DNA of 64,000 bases from Pseudomonadota bacterium (GCA_031419835.1 JANOLP010000191.1:137-64136), one strand, 5' to 3'. Shown: positions 39,905-52,269, counted from the stretch's first letter. Program-made: numbers and translations. Notes: generated from the sequence alone by a model not told the origin.

Positions 39905-42900
39905 ATGAATACGCCAGATTTTCGCTTTCGCGCTTCGACCCACCACCAAGATTTGCCGCCGCTGTCGGGCTCCGCTGATGCGCTAGTGCTCGCGAGTCTC
40001 GCCACACAGCGTCGGCCGCTGGTGGTCATTACCGAGAGCGCATGGCAGGCGCAGAGGTTGCGCGCTGAGTTAAGTTGGTTCGCGCCGACAAAGTCAATCC
40101 ATTTGCTCCCCGATTGGGAAACTTTACCCTACGACCAAATTTCTCCGCATCAGGATTTGGTTTCTGAGCGGCTTTCGACGCTATATCAATTTTCGCGCAA
40201 TGCCTGCGATATCGTGCTTGTACCGATTACCACCGCGTTGTACCGCTTGCCGCCGGAAGCATTCCTAGCGGCCCATACATTTTTTTTGCGGCAAGGCGAG
40301 CGCTTGGATTTGCCGGCGTTACGTTCGCAACTAACCGTCGCAGGGTATGCAAATGTAAGCCAAGTTTTGCGCCCAGGCGAGTATGCCATGCGTGGCGGCT
40401 TGATCGATCTTTTCCCAATGGGTAGCGCGGTACCTTACCGCGTCGATTTACTTGATTCGGACATCGAAACTATCCGTACCTTCGACGTCGATACGCAACG
40501 TAGTATTTATCCCGTCAAGGAAATTCGCTTGTTGCCGGCGCGCGAGTTTCCTTTCGACGAAGCGGGTCGAAGCACATTTCGTCAAAATTTTCGCGAGAAA
40601 TTCGAAGGAGACCCTTCAAAAAGCGCTCTGTATAAGGATGTCAGCAACGGCATTGCCCCGGCGGGGATCGAATACTATTTACCGCTATTTTTTGAAAGCA
40701 CAGCAACGCTATTCGAATATCTTCCAACCGATGCGACTGTGTGCATTCATCGCGATGTAACCAGTGCAATCGACCAGTTTTGGCGCGACGTGAAATCGCG
40801 CCACGAGTTGCTCGGTGGCGATCGAACTCGGCCGATCATGAAACCGGCGGACTTATTTTTGCGAGCGGAAGATTTTTTCGTTGCGCTCAAACCGTTCGCG
40901 CGCGTTGATCTTCCCGCGTTGAGTGCAACATCGACGCATGTCTTTGGCGACGATAAGCAGTTGGAGACGTCCGTCTTGCCCGCGCTGGATGTTGATCGTC
41001 GCGCCAACAACCCCATCGAAAAGTTAGCCACATTTGTCAATGGTTTCCTGGGCCGAGTATTGCTCGTGGCGGAAAGCCTGGGACGACGTGAGACCTTGCT
41101 TGAATTGTTTGGCCGTCACGGACTCAAGCCGGTGACCTGCGACGACTATGCGGCATTTGTCGCCAGCGATGAACGGATAATGCTAAGCGTCGCACCGCTC
41201 GCTACCGGGTTCATTTTGACGCAGCCACACTGGGCTGTAATCACCGAGAATGAGCTTTACGCGGCCCAAGTCAAACAAACGCGACGACGCGATGCGCGCA
41301 AAGCTACGTCCGAGGGCATGCTGCGGGATTTGTCGGAAGTTCGCGTTGGCGATCCGGTCGTACATGCGCAGCACGGCATCGGCCGATATCTTGGTTTGGT
41401 CAACTTAGATCTCGGCGAAGGCGAAACCGAATTTTTGCATCTGGAATATGGTGGTAGCGATAAACTCTATATTCCGGTTGCCCAGTTGCATCAAATCAGC
41501 CGATATAGTGGCGCGAGTCCCGACGTCGCGCCGTTACATCGGCTCGGTAGCGGTCAGTGGGAAAAGGCAAAGCGAAAAGCGGCCGAACAGGTCCGTGATA
41601 CGGCGGCGGAGCTGCTCAATCTTTACGCTCAGCGGGCGGCGCGCGAGGGATTCGCGTTCGAGTTTCATCCAGCGGACTATGATAATTTCGTCGCAGGATT
41701 TCAGTTCGAAGAAACGCCCGACCAGGCTTCCGCAATATCGGCAGTGATTGAGGACATGAAATCGGGCAAGCCGATGGACCGTTTGGTCTGTGGCGATGTT
41801 GGTTTTGGCAAAACGGAGGTTGCGATGCGTGCCGCGTTCGTGGCCGTATCGGGCGGTAAACAAGTCGCGATCCTCGTGCCCACTACGTTGCTTGCGGAAC
41901 AACATTTCGAAAACTTTTCCGATCGCTTTGCCGAATGGCCGGTAAAAATCGCGGAGATTTCGCGCTTTCGCTCAGCGAAAGAGCAGGCCGCCACGCTCGC
42001 CGGAATGGCAGACGGCACCATTGACATCGTGATCGGCACGCATCGATTGATTCAAAAGGACGTTAAGTTCAAGCGCCTCGGTTTGACCATTATCGACGAA
42101 GAGCATCGGTTTGGTGTGCGCCAAAAAGAGCAATTGAAATCGATGCGAGCCGAGGTGGATGTGTTGACGCTCACCGCGACGCCGATTCCGCGGACGCTTG
42201 CGATGTCGATGGAGGGACTGCGAGATTTTTCTGTAATCGCAACTGCGCCGCAAAAACGCCTCTCGATCAAAACCTTTGTATATCCATACAGCGTCGGCAT
42301 AATTCGCGAAGCGGTTCTGCGCGAATTGAAGCGCGGTGGGCAGGTATATTTTTTGCACAACGATGTCGATACGATTCAGTTGGCCTACGAGAAACTCGCC
42401 GGTCTGCTGCCCGAGGCACGGATCGCGATTGCCCATGGCCAATTGCGCGAACGCGAACTTGAACATGTCATGCGTGATTTTTATCAGCAGCATTTCAATG
42501 TGTTGCTCTGCTCGACTATCATCGAGACCGGCATTGACGTGCCAACGGCCAATACCATTCTCATTGAGCGCGCTGATAAATTCGGCTTGGCGCAACTGCA
42601 TCAATTGCGCGGCCGGGTTGGGCGTTCCCACCATCAGGCCTATGCTTATCTGCTAACACCGCCGGAGGAATCTCTGACTGCACAAGCGAAAAAGCGGCTC
42701 GAAGCGATCCAGATGATGGAAGACCTGGGTTCGGGATTTTTCTTGGCGATGCACGATTTGGAAATTCGCGGTGCCGGCGAAATCCTCGGTGATTCGCAAA
42801 GTGGCGAGATGCAGGAAATCGGCTTTAATTTGTATGTTGAAATGCTCGACTCCGCCGTGCGTGCGCTGAGGCAAGGCAAAGTGTGGGATGTTGGGGCACC

Positions 42901-43339
42901 GCTGGATTTCACCACGGAGATTAATCTGCATGTGCCCGCATTGTTGCCGAATGACTATTGCGGCGATGTCCACGAACGATTGGTTTTGTACAAGCGCCTG
43001 GCGAGTTGTCAAAATTTAGACGAGCTTAGCGAACTGCAGGAAGAAATGATCGATCGTTTTGGGCTGCCGACCACGCCGGTCAAGGCTTTGATCGAAAGCC
43101 ATCGTCTTCGGGTCTTGGCGAAAGAAGTGGGTGTGGCGAAGATCGATGCGAGCCTTGATGCGATCCAAATTCAATTCATTCCGAATCCGCCGATCGATGC
43201 GGCACGTGTTATTCAACTCATACAGAAAAATCGACAATACAAATTGGCCGGGCCGGACAAACTGAAAGTGATTGAGGCGATTCCCGATCTGGAAAAACGA
43301 GTGGGGCGTGTTCGTGCATTGCTGGGTGAGTTTCAATGA
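39905..43339 (+). CDS. mfd: Transcription-repair coupling factor Mfd
   Basis: 1144-aa ORF with a CarD-like RNAP-interaction region. It has the helicase motifs GDVGFGKTEVA and DEEHRFGV, plus a TRCF C-terminal domain. Confidence 0.95.
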   Translation: MNTPDFRFRASTHHQDLPPLSGSADALVLASLATQRRPLVVITESAWQAQRLRAELSWFAPTKSIHLLPDWETLPYDQISPHQDLVSERLSTLYQFSRNACDIVLVPITTALYRLPPEAFLAAHTFFLRQGERLDLPALRSQLTVAGYANVSQVLRPGEYAMRGGLIDLFPMGSAVPYRVDLLDSDIETIRTFDVDTQRSIYPVKEIRLLPAREFPFDEAGRSTFRQNFREKFEGDPSKSALYKDVSNGIAPAGIEYYLPLFFESTATLFEYLPTDATVCIHRDVTSAIDQFWRDVKSRHELLGGDRTRPIMKPADLFLRAEDFFVALKPFARVDLPALSATSTHVFGDDKQLETSVLPALDVDRRANNPIEKLATFVNGFLGRVLLVAESLGRRETLLELFGRHGLKPVTCDDYAAFVASDERIMLSVAPLATGFILTQPHWAVITENELYAAQVKQTRRRDARKATSEGMLRDLSEVRVGDPVVHAQHGIGRYLGLVNLDLGEGETEFLHLEYGGSDKLYIPVAQLHQISRYSGASPDVAPLHRLGSGQWEKAKRKAAEQVRDTAAELLNLYAQRAAREGFAFEFHPADYDNFVAGFQFEETPDQASAISAVIEDMKSGKPMDRLVCGDVGFGKTEVAMRAAFVAVSGGKQVAILVPTTLLAEQHFENFSDRFAEWPVKIAEISRFRSAKEQAATLAGMADGTIDIVIGTHRLIQKDVKFKRLGLTIIDEEHRFGVRQKEQLKSMRAEVDVLTLTATPIPRTLAMSMEGLRDFSVIATAPQKRLSIKTFVYPYSVGIIREAVLRELKRGGQVYFLHNDVDTIQLAYEKLAGLLPEARIAIAHGQLRERELEHVMRDFYQQHFNVLLCSTIIETGIDVPTANTILIERADKFGLAQLHQLRGRVGRSHHQAYAYLLTPPEESLTAQAKKRLEAIQMMEDLGSGFFLAMHDLEIRGAGEILGDSQSGEMQEIGFNLYVEMLDSAVRALRQGKVWDVGAPLDFTTEINLHVPALLPNDYCGDVHERLVLYKRLASCQNLDELSELQEEMIDRFGLPTTPVKALIESHRLRVLAKEVGVAKIDASLDAIQIQFIPNPPIDAARVIQLIQKNRQYKLAGPDKLKVIEAIPDLEKRVGRVRALLGEFQ

Positions 43340-44208
43340 TTTTTAATCCGAGCATTGTCGGCGAGCACGCCGATACCTATTTGGTCTTGCAAGGTAATGC
43401 CGTAGCGCAAAGCGATGTCGAGGGGGTCGCAAAATTGACCAGCGCTAAACGCATCGATTCCTCAGCGCCAAATGTATTTAAATTGCTCAACGCGAAGCCC
43501 CACGCCGATCTCCAAGTGTTATGCAAGGATTTAAGTTTAGATTTTGCCTTCGTGCCGACGTCCCTGAAGTTATCCTATTTCAAGCTGGTCGCGATGGATA
43601 TGGACTCAACGCTGATCAATATCGAATCTTTGGATGAGGTCGCCGACTACGTTGGACTTAAACAAGAGATCGCCACGATTACCGAACAATCGATGAACGG
43701 CACGGTGGATTTTACTGAGAGTTTAATGAAACGCGTTTCGTTGCTGAAAGGATTGAACACGGCCGCGCTCCAGCGTGTTTACGAAGATCGCGTCGCGCTT
43801 AATCCGGGTGCTGAGAAATTGATTGCGACGCTCAAAGCGCAAGGAATTAAGACGATGCTGGTTTCCGGTGGATTTACGTTTTTTACTGAGCGCCTAAAGC
43901 GGCGCCTGGGTTTGGATTTTGCATTCGCCAACGAGTTAGAAATTGTGAACGGAAAACTCACTGGCGCGATGATAGGCTCGATTCTCGATCCGGCTGCCAA
44001 AGCGGCGAAAATTCGAGAAGTGAGTCAGGCTTTGGGATTCGTACAAGCCAATCGCGTGATCGCAATTGGCGATGGTGCCAATGATCGACAGATGTTTGAT
44101 GCAGTGGGTACGGCCATTGGCTATCGTCCCAAAGCGGTATTGCGGCCGCACGCGCGGTATTGTCTCGATTTTGTCGGTTTAGACGGCGTCGCGAATTTGT
44201 TTTCATAG
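43336..44208 (+). CDS. serB: Phosphoserine phosphatase SerB
   Basis: 290-aa ORF with the HAD motifs DMDSTLI, VSGGF and GDGANDRQM. Its start overlaps the mfd stop (ATGA). Confidence 0.85.
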   Translation: MIFNPSIVGEHADTYLVLQGNAVAQSDVEGVAKLTSAKRIDSSAPNVFKLLNAKPHADLQVLCKDLSLDFAFVPTSLKLSYFKLVAMDMDSTLINIESLDEVADYVGLKQEIATITEQSMNGTVDFTESLMKRVSLLKGLNTAALQRVYEDRVALNPGAEKLIATLKAQGIKTMLVSGGFTFFTERLKRRLGLDFAFANELEIVNGKLTGAMIGSILDPAAKAAKIREVSQALGFVQANRVIAIGDGANDRQMFDAVGTAIGYRPKAVLRPHARYCLDFVGLDGVANLFS

Positions 44209-44306
44209 TTGGCGAAGGCGAGTATGCTAAACGCTAGCCTTATCGGGTTTTGTTACAAAACTATAGATGAATCAAGTGCATAGAAAAAAACAAAAGGAAA
44301 AAGCGT

Positions 44307-45104
44307 ATGGGTGGTTTAAAAATTCGGATCATTATTGCGTTGGTAATCGCCGCGTTTTCGGTGATTTCCTACTTTAGTTCGACTAGCCACAACCCCATTA
44401 CGGGTGAAAAGCAACACATCAGTATGAGCGAAGAGGAAGAAGTTGCCATGGGTCTGCAATCGGCGCCAGAGATGGCGAATCAATTCGGCGGCTTATCTCG
44501 TAATGGGGACGCGACCAACCTAGTCAAGCAGATTGGTAATGAGGTTGTACAACAGTCGGTGGCGAAAACGTCGAAATATAAGTTTGATTTCCATTTGTTG
44601 GCCGATCAGCAAACCGTTAATGCCTTTGCGTTGCCGGGCGGGCAAATTTTTATTACCGAGGCGCTGCTTGGCCGACTCAAATCAAAGGGGCAATTGGCCG
44701 GGGTGTTAGGCCATGAAGTCGGCCATGTGTTGGCACGCCATTCCGCCGAACATATTGCAAAACAGAAGCTTACATCGGGACTCACGACCGCGGCGGTAAT
44801 CGGTGTTGACCCAACCGGCGGTGGTGCGCAAATGGCGCAAATGGTCGCGGGACTGATCAACATGAAGTATGGCCGGGCCGATGAGCTAGAATCCGATAAG
44901 TTGGGCCTGCGCCTGATGGCTGAAGCGGGTTACGATCCGCGTTCGCTGGTTGGGGTAATGGAGATATTGGCCCAAGCCTCGGGCGGCAGCCGCCAGCCAG
45001 AATTTGCGAGCAGTCACCCCAGTCCGGAAAATCGGGTGCAAAAAATCGAGCAAGAGTTGGGAGCGTTGTTTCCAAGTGGAGTGCCGGCGGGACTTAAGCC
45101 ATAG
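44307..45104 (+). CDS. M48 family zinc metallopeptidase
   Basis: 265-aa ORF with an N-terminal TM and the zinc motif HEVGHVLARH, followed by a downstream E. Confidence 0.8.
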   Translation: MGGLKIRIIIALVIAAFSVISYFSSTSHNPITGEKQHISMSEEEEVAMGLQSAPEMANQFGGLSRNGDATNLVKQIGNEVVQQSVAKTSKYKFDFHLLADQQTVNAFALPGGQIFITEALLGRLKSKGQLAGVLGHEVGHVLARHSAEHIAKQKLTSGLTTAAVIGVDPTGGGAQMAQMVAGLINMKYGRADELESDKLGLRLMAEAGYDPRSLVGVMEILAQASGGSRQPEFASSHPSPENRVQKIEQELGALFPSGVPAGLKP

Positions 45105-45112
45105 CAAATACG

Positions 45113-45478
45113 ATGCAGAAAATTCTAAAGATTATCGCTGCGTTGGCGGCGGCCGCATGGTTTGACGCGGCCGTGGCAGCCGATAAGCGGGTCGAACCGC
45201 CGCCTGAAGTTCAGGAATTGGAATCCATTACCGTCGAGGGCGTGCGCCCAGAAGACGATCGGCCAAAGAAGATTGACCCAGCGCAACGCCTCAAGGACGA
45301 GTTGGCGAAAGACAAAAAAGTGATCGAAGAAATCAAAAACGCCAACGGGTCTGGGCGCGTGAAAGTCACGTCACCCATCATTACCTATTGCTTGGATTAC
45401 CACCAAAATCCACTGACGCAAAACAGCGTTGGCAATACGCTTATCGTCCCGACCTATTGCGGCCCAGGCGTTCGCTAG
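45113..45478 (+). CDS. Hypothetical secreted protein
   Basis: 121-aa ORF with a signal peptide (MQKILKIIAALAAAAWFDAAVA). I recognise no family. Confidence 0.4.
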   Translation: MQKILKIIAALAAAAWFDAAVAADKRVEPPPEVQELESITVEGVRPEDDRPKKIDPAQRLKDELAKDKKVIEEIKNANGSGRVKVTSPIITYCLDYHQNPLTQNSVGNTLIVPTYCGPGVR

Positions 45479-45658
45479 GCAGGACCTGAATGCCGCATGA
45501 ATTCTACCTCGTAGAGCATATCTTTTGTGATGTCGCGCAGCAGACGGCACCAGTTAGCAGGTGATTCGGGCCGCTAACGCAAGGTTATCTAGCAACGCAA
45601 TAACTTAAATCAGGTATAATCATTGATTTTTTGAATCGCAGGTTTCGAAAGGAGTTTC

Positions 45659-45871
45659 ATGCCGACCGTACGTGTAAAAGAAAATGAGCCGTTTGATGTT
45701 GCTCTGCGCCGCTTCAAGCGCGCCGTTGAAAAGACTGGATTGTTGACCGAACTTCGTGCTCGCGAATTCTATGAAAAACCTACCACCGAACGTAAACGCA
45801 AACTCGCTGCCGCCGTGAAGCGCCGCTACAAGCGCCTGCGCAGCCAGATGTTGCCGCCGAAGTTGTATTGA
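45659..45871 (+). CDS. rpsU: 30S ribosomal protein S21
   Basis: 70-aa ORF reading [28 protein letters not shown]..., with an AAGGAG RBS. Confidence 0.95.
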   Translation: MPTVRVKENEPFDVALRRFKRAVEKTGLLTELRAREFYEKPTTERKRKLAAAVKRRYKRLRSQMLPPKLY

Positions 45872-45924
45872 TTTTGCGTTGTCGGGAGTGGCTAGTGCGC
45901 TGCTACTAGTCCCCGCTCTTAAAA

Positions 45925-46371
45925 GTGTCGCTTAAAGATCAAATCACCGAAGACATGAAGTCCGCGATGCGCGCCAAGGACAGTGAACGACTGTCCGCGA
46001 TCCGCATGCTGCTCGCGGCGCTGAAGCAGCGCGAGGTGGATGAGCGCATCACCTTGACCGACACGGACGTAATCGCCGTGACGGAAAAATTGATCAAACA
46101 GCGGCGCGATTCCATCGCGCAATACGAAGCGGCAAATCGCCAAGATTTAGCCGACAAAGAAAAAGCCGAACTCGCGATTTATCAAGCCTATATGCCGCAA
46201 GCCTTCAGTGATGCGGATGTCGAGGCGGCAGTTACCGCAGCCATTGTCAGCAGCGGCGCGGCAGGCATTAAAGATATGGCCAAAGTCATGGCCGAACTAA
46301 AACCAAAACTCGCTGGCCGTGCCGACATGGGCAAAGTTTCCGGTATCGTTAAATCCAAACTATCCTTTTAG
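45925..46371 (+). CDS. GatB/YqeY domain protein
   Basis: 148-aa ORF reading LKDQITEDMKSAMRAKD...AELAIYQAYMP. It sits directly after rpsU, as is typical. Confidence 0.85.
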   Translation: MSLKDQITEDMKSAMRAKDSERLSAIRMLLAALKQREVDERITLTDTDVIAVTEKLIKQRRDSIAQYEAANRQDLADKEKAELAIYQAYMPQAFSDADVEAAVTAAIVSSGAAGIKDMAKVMAELKPKLAGRADMGKVSGIVKSKLSF

Positions 46372-46609
46372 GCCATCCGCCTAACTTGGCACTTTGTCTT
46401 TTTTGAGCCATTGCTTCTAGCAAAAGTTTTCATTGCTGACCCCGTTGGTGCGATGCAAGTGCGAGAAAGCAGCTAGACAAAATGCGCCCGAAACCGCGGG
46501 TGTGGCGACCTGATTAACCCCTCGTTTTGGTATCACCTAACGGTGCGTCAACTTGCTCGCCCTGAATATCGGGCCGTGCTCGGTAATATTTCATGGGTGA
46601 ATCTTAAAA

Positions 46610-47758
46610 TCAGAGTGAGCGCGCGATCACTTCCTTCATAATCTCGCTGGTGCCGCCGTAGATCCGCTGGATGCGCGCATCGGCGTACATTCGAGCGACT
46701 AAGTATTCATTCATATAGCCGTAACCGCCATGTAATTGCAGGCACTCGTCGATAACTTTTCCTTGTTGCTCCGACGTCCATAATTTCACCATTGAGGCGG
46801 TCGCCGTATCGAGTTTGCCGGCGACTAAATCCAGCACGCATTGATCAACGAAGGTACGCGCGACTTTAATGGTAGTGGCAATCTCAGCGAGTTTGAATTT
46901 GGTGTTCTGGAATTCTGCGATCGGTTTACCGAACGCCGCGCGTTGGCGCACATAATCCAAGGTCACTTGGTAAGCGCCTTCCATCGCAGCAACGGCGATG
47001 ACGCCGATCATCAAGCGCTCGTAGGGCAAGTCTGACATGAGCTGATAAAAACCTTGACCCTCGACTCCGCCGAGCAAGTTGTCGGCTGGAATTTCGACAT
47101 TATCGAAAAACAATTCCGCGGTGTCCTGGGCTTTTAAACCGATCTTGTCGAGCACGCGGCCAACAGAAAAGCCCTTCGCGTGACTGGTTTCGACGATGAA
47201 AGTCGACATGCCGCGTGCGCGCGCCGCCGGGTCCGTTTTGGCCACGACCAACACAACGCCCGCCAAGTAGCCGTTAGTAATAAAAGTTTTAGAACCGTTG
47301 AGTAGATAGTGATCGCCGTGCCGCTCGGCACGAGTGCGTACGCCCTGTAAATCGGAACCAGTACCGGGCTCCGTCATCGCAATGGCGCCGACCAACTCGC
47401 CTCGGGCCATGCGCGGCAAAAAGCGTTGTCTTTGTTCTTCCGTGCCGTGATTGAGAAAATAATGGGCAACGATACTGTGTACAGACGGGCTCATGCCGGA
47501 TAATCCGCGCCGCGACATCGCTTCGTATAGCAGTGCTTCATGGCGAAAATCGCCACCACCACCACCGTATTGTTCAGGAATATCGGCGCACAGTACGCCT
47601 AATTCTCCGGCACGCCGCCAGAGCTCATGGCCAACATGGCCGCGCTTACGAGCCGCTTCATCTTCGGGTAGCATTTCGGTTTCGACGAAACGCTCAACGG
47701 TATTGCGATAAATGGCTAAGTCCGCGTCGAGCCAGGAAGGACTGAGGTTTAGAGACAT
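46610..47758 (-). CDS. Acyl-CoA dehydrogenase
   Basis: 382-aa ORF with ACAD motifs (MTEPGTGSD, KTFITNG, QIHGGYGY-like QLHGGYGYM, RIYGGTSEIMKE). Confidence 0.9.
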   Translation of the reverse strand: MSLNLSPSWLDADLAIYRNTVERFVETEMLPEDEAARKRGHVGHELWRRAGELGVLCADIPEQYGGGGGDFRHEALLYEAMSRRGLSGMSPSVHSIVAHYFLNHGTEEQRQRFLPRMARGELVGAIAMTEPGTGSDLQGVRTRAERHGDHYLLNGSKTFITNGYLAGVVLVVAKTDPAARARGMSTFIVETSHAKGFSVGRVLDKIGLKAQDTAELFFDNVEIPADNLLGGVEGQGFYQLMSDLPYERLMIGVIAVAAMEGAYQVTLDYVRQRAAFGKPIAEFQNTKFKLAEIATTIKVARTFVDQCVLDLVAGKLDTATASMVKLWTSEQQGKVIDECLQLHGGYGYMNEYLVARMYADARIQRIYGGTSEIMKEVIARSL

Positions 47759-47879
47759 GTTTAGTAGCGTTTTAAAGTGGTGCTATTTCTACGGAAGCAC
47801 TGATTTAATTCGATTTCGTCGCAATTCTGCGTTACTCGCGTCTTGTTGTGCTTGGAACTCGAAATAAGTTAGATCTTGC

Positions 47880-48347
47880 CTAAATCGACTTCAGCTCCAG
47901 CTCAGTACCGCCCTTGCCGTGTAGAAATACAAACATCGCCTTACCCTGATCGTGCCAATACTCTGTCGCGGATTGAAAGATTTCGACGACGGTCTCGAGT
48001 TGGCTTTCATGATGATCAGCGAACGGTTCGAAGTGATCGAAAAGGATCACATAGCCGTTTTCCGCTTTCCCTTCTTCGATCCAAGATAGGTCGGTTAGAC
48101 AATCTTCTAACGCATCCCAGTTGTTGCCGAAGTGATCTGGAAAATGCATGGCTAACGCGGCGTGATTTAAGAATTGCTCTTTCTTCTCGATTTTCTTTCC
48201 TTCCAGATGAAAGAACAAAAAGCCTTTTGTCCTGGCTTGTTTCTCTAAATCCTTGACCGGCGGCATGGTTTTTAGCAGGTAAACTCCGGGTTTGGTGCGG
48301 TCCTCCAACAACGTGCTGAATGATTTCATGATCAGAGATTCCCTCAT
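47880..48347 (-). CDS. Barstar-family ribonuclease inhibitor
   Basis: 155-aa ORF with FGNNWDALEDCLTDL, a barstar-type motif. Its start overlaps the RNase stop (ATGA). Confidence 0.75.
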   Translation of the reverse strand: MRESLIMKSFSTLLEDRTKPGVYLLKTMPPVKDLEKQARTKGFLFFHLEGKKIEKKEQFLNHAALAMHFPDHFGNNWDALEDCLTDLSWIEEGKAENGYVILFDHFEPFADHHESQLETVVEIFQSATEYWHDQGKAMFVFLHGKGGTELELKSI

Positions 48348-48730
48348 TCCACGATGCGTTGAAAGGTGTTGTAGTGATCGCCGGTGTAATAGTATTCGCC
48401 GACCTCGCCAGAGACAATTCTACGCGCGCCACGATTGTTAGCGCCTGGCGTTTTGACGGTATATTCCTTGTAGTAGCCGCGCGCTTGACGCGGTAGATTT
48501 CTTTCGCGATTGCCGAAAATGGAACCGTCTTTACGATAGGGATACGGCCCCCCTTTTTTGATGAGCTGCAGTGTGGCCTGGCCCTCGGGCGGAAGATTCG
48601 CCACAGCGATGCTCGGGAATGAAGCTTTCGCGGACTCATGTCCCGCATCGCGCGCGCCAGCGAAATCGGCGGCGATGACCAAGAATGCTCCAATCACGCA
48701 GCATAACAACGCACCAGCAAATTTTTGCAT
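48344..48730 (-). CDS. Secreted guanyl-specific ribonuclease (RNase Sa / barnase, N1/T1 superfamily)
   Basis: The ORF spans 48344..48895 and the likely start is MQKFAGALLCCV (48730, signal peptide). YKEYTVKTPGANNRGARRIVSGEVGEYYYTGDHYNTFQRI closely parallels the RNase Sa catalytic C-terminus. Confidence 0.78.
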   Translation of the reverse strand: MQKFAGALLCCVIGAFLVIAADFAGARDAGHESAKASFPSIAVANLPPEGQATLQLIKKGGPYPYRKDGSIFGNRERNLPRQARGYYKEYTVKTPGANNRGARRIVSGEVGEYYYTGDHYNTFQRIVE

Positions 48731-48735
48731 TGCGA

Positions 48736-49173
48736 TCACGGCATGGTTTTGTACGGGCAGCCGGTCTTTATGCAATCGGCGTACAAATGCAACGAATGAT
48801 CGTGAATTTCGAAACCGCGTTCCTTTGCTATTTTCCTTTGCCGTTTTTCGATTTCTTCGTCGATGAACTCTTCGACGCGGCCACATTGCAAACAAACCAA
48901 ATGATCGTGATGGCCGCCTTGGTTTAATTCGTAAACCGCTTTGCCACTTTCAAAATGATGGCGCACCAACAAACCCGCTTGCTCAAATTGTGTCAGCACG
49001 CGATAGATGGTCGCCAGGCCGATATCCATGCCTTCCTTCATTAGCAGGCGATAAACATCCTCGGCGGTCAGGTGACGCACATCAGTGTTTTCGAATAGAT
49101 CGAGAATTCGCAGGCGAGGCAACGTCGCCTTCAGTCCCATATCTTTTAAATCTTTGGGCTCGCTCATGATCAT
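48736..49173 (-). CDS. fur: Ferric uptake regulator Fur
   Basis: 145-aa ORF with a winged-helix N-terminus, [16 protein letters not shown] and a C-terminal CxxxxC. Confidence 0.92.
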   Translation of the reverse strand: MIMSEPKDLKDMGLKATLPRLRILDLFENTDVRHLTAEDVYRLLMKEGMDIGLATIYRVLTQFEQAGLLVRHHFESGKAVYELNQGGHHDHLVCLQCGRVEEFIDEEIEKRQRKIAKERGFEIHDHSLHLYADCIKTGCPYKTMP

Positions 49174-49227
49174 CGCTTCCGAGAGTTTTCACCATTATAA
49201 TGCGCTATCCGTCATCTTTGCTCGCCA

Positions 49228-50444
<1,217 letters not shown>

Positions 50445-50488
50445 CAAAACCGCCAAGGCCAGTGGATAATCTATGGCTTTGATAACGT

Positions 50489-50565
<77 letters not shown>

Positions 50566-50601
50566 CCCATTCCCATCGCAGATATCGGATTCGCGCTCAC
50601 G

Positions 50602-50934
50602 TTGATAGACCTTAAGCTCCGTTCAGGCGTGCGTACATTCATATTTTCTATTTTGCTAAGCCTACTCTTGGTTGGACACGCCTATTCGCGTGATTTCCCG
50701 CCTCTGTCTAAGCGCGGCACTCTAAATGGATTTGAGCGGCCGTTCGTCAAGATAGGTTCACAGACCTATCGGTTAGCACCCGGTGCCCTCATTCGTGATC
50801 AGAGCAATAGCATCATTTTGCCGGCAATACTCCCAGCCGGCGCAAAAGTCGTATACAAACTCGAGGCTCAGACCGGATTTCTCCACGAGTTGTGGCTACT
50901 CGCGCCTGGCGAAGTTGTGACGATTCAAAAGTAG
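50602..50934 (+). CDS. Hypothetical small secreted protein
   Basis: 110-aa ORF with a TTG start and a signal-like FIFSILLSLLLVGHAYS. I recognise no family. Confidence 0.35.
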   Translation: MIDLKLRSGVRTFIFSILLSLLLVGHAYSRDFPPLSKRGTLNGFERPFVKIGSQTYRLAPGALIRDQSNSIILPAILPAGAKVVYKLEAQTGFLHELWLLAPGEVVTIQK

Positions 50935-50937
50935 TCC

Positions 50938-52269
50938 GTGGCCAAAAAGCTTTACATCAAAACCTTCGGTTGCCAAATGAACGAGTACGACTCGGACAAA
51001 ATGGCCGACGTGTTGCACGCCTCTGAAGGTTTGGAAAAAACCAATTCGCCGGAAGATGCCGACGTGATTTTGTTTAACACTTGCTCGGTGCGTGAGAAGG
51101 CGCAGGAAAAAGTGTTCAGCGATTTGGGTACCGTGCGGCATTTGAAGCAACTTAATCCCAATTTGATTATCGGCGTCGGCGGTTGTGTCGCCAGTCAAGA
51201 AGGCGCTGCGATTGTCAGGCGTGCGCCCTATGTGGATTTGGTATTCGGGCCGCAGACTTTGCATCGCTTGCCGGATTTGATCGCCAAACGTCGCCAATCG
51301 GGCCGCGCGCAAGTTGACATCTCGTTTCCCGAAATCGAAAAATTTGATCACCTGCCGCCGGCACGAATCCAAGGCCCGACTGCGTTCGTTTCCATCATGG
51401 AAGGCTGTAGCAAATATTGTAGCTTTTGCGTCGTGCCCTACACGCGTGGCGAAGAAGTCTCGCGTGGCTTCGAAGATGTGTTGACCGAAGTGGCGGACCT
51501 TGCCGATCGCGGCGTAAAAGAAGTTACCTTGCTCGGTCAAAACGTGAATGCTTATCGCGGCAAAATGGAAAATGGCGAGATCGCCGATTTTGCACACTTG
51601 TTGGATTACGTCGCCGCAATGCCCGGTATCGAGCGCATTCGTTACACCAGCTCACATCCGCGTGAATTTTCTCAGCGGTTGATTGATGCCTACGAAAAAA
51701 TTCCACAGCTCGTCAGTCAAGTGCACTTGCCGGTGCAATCGGGTTCCGATTCGATTCTTGCGGCGATGAAGCGTAGTTATACGGCACTGGAATACAAATC
51801 CATCATCCGAAAACTGCGTGTCGCGCGGCCTGACGTTTCGATTTCGTCTGATTTCATCATCGGTTTTCCGGGCGAGACAGAAAAAGATTTTGAAGCGACG
51901 CTGAAATTGGTCGACGATGTTAGCTTTGATGGCAGCTATAGCTTTATATACAGCCCGCGGCCAGGTACGCCGGCTGCGGATCTTGAGGATGCTGTGCCGC
52001 GCGAATTAAAGCTCGAACGCTTGCAACGTTTGCAAAGCAAAATCGAAGCACTGTCAAAATCGTACAGCGACAAAATGGTCGGCTCAGTCCAGCGCCTATT
52101 GATCGAAGGCCCGGCGAAAAAAAATCCCGACGAACTTTTCGGTCGAGCCGACAACAATCGTGTTGTTAATTTGCCTGGCCAACCGCGACTGATTGGCCAA
52201 TTTGTCGAAGCAAAGATCATTTCAGCCATGCCGCATTCTCTGCGTGGTGAATTGGTGTTGCGGCACTAG
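50938..52269 (+). CDS. miaB: tRNA-i6A37 methylthiotransferase MiaB
   Basis: 443-aa ORF with [12 protein letters not shown], the radical-SAM motif [15 protein letters not shown] and a TRAM C-terminus. Confidence 0.93.
   Translation: MAKKLYIKTFGCQMNEYDSDKMADVLHASEGLEKTNSPEDADVILFNTCSVREKAQEKVFSDLGTVRHLKQLNPNLIIGVGGCVASQEGAAIVRRAPYVDLVFGPQTLHRLPDLIAKRRQSGRAQVDISFPEIEKFDHLPPARIQGPTAFVSIMEGCSKYCSFCVVPYTRGEEVSRGFEDVLTEVADLADRGVKEVTLLGQNVNAYRGKMENGEIADFAHLLDYVAAMPGIERIRYTSSHPREFSQRLIDAYEKIPQLVSQVHLPVQSGSDSILAAMKRSYTALEYKSIIRKLRVARPDVSISSDFIIGFPGETEKDFEATLKLVDDVSFDGSYSFIYSPRPGTPAADLEDAVPRELKLERLQRLQSKIEALSKSYSDKMVGSVQRLLIEGPAKKNPDELFGRADNNRVVNLPGQPRLIGQFVEAKIISAMPHSLRGELVLRH

Noticed and set aside
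45659-46610. rpsU-yqeY is not followed by dnaG-rpoD as in many Proteobacteria
   Set aside because: This is gene-order variation only. The 240-bp downstream region shows no gene remnant that I could recognise, so it is not evidence of a rearrangement.
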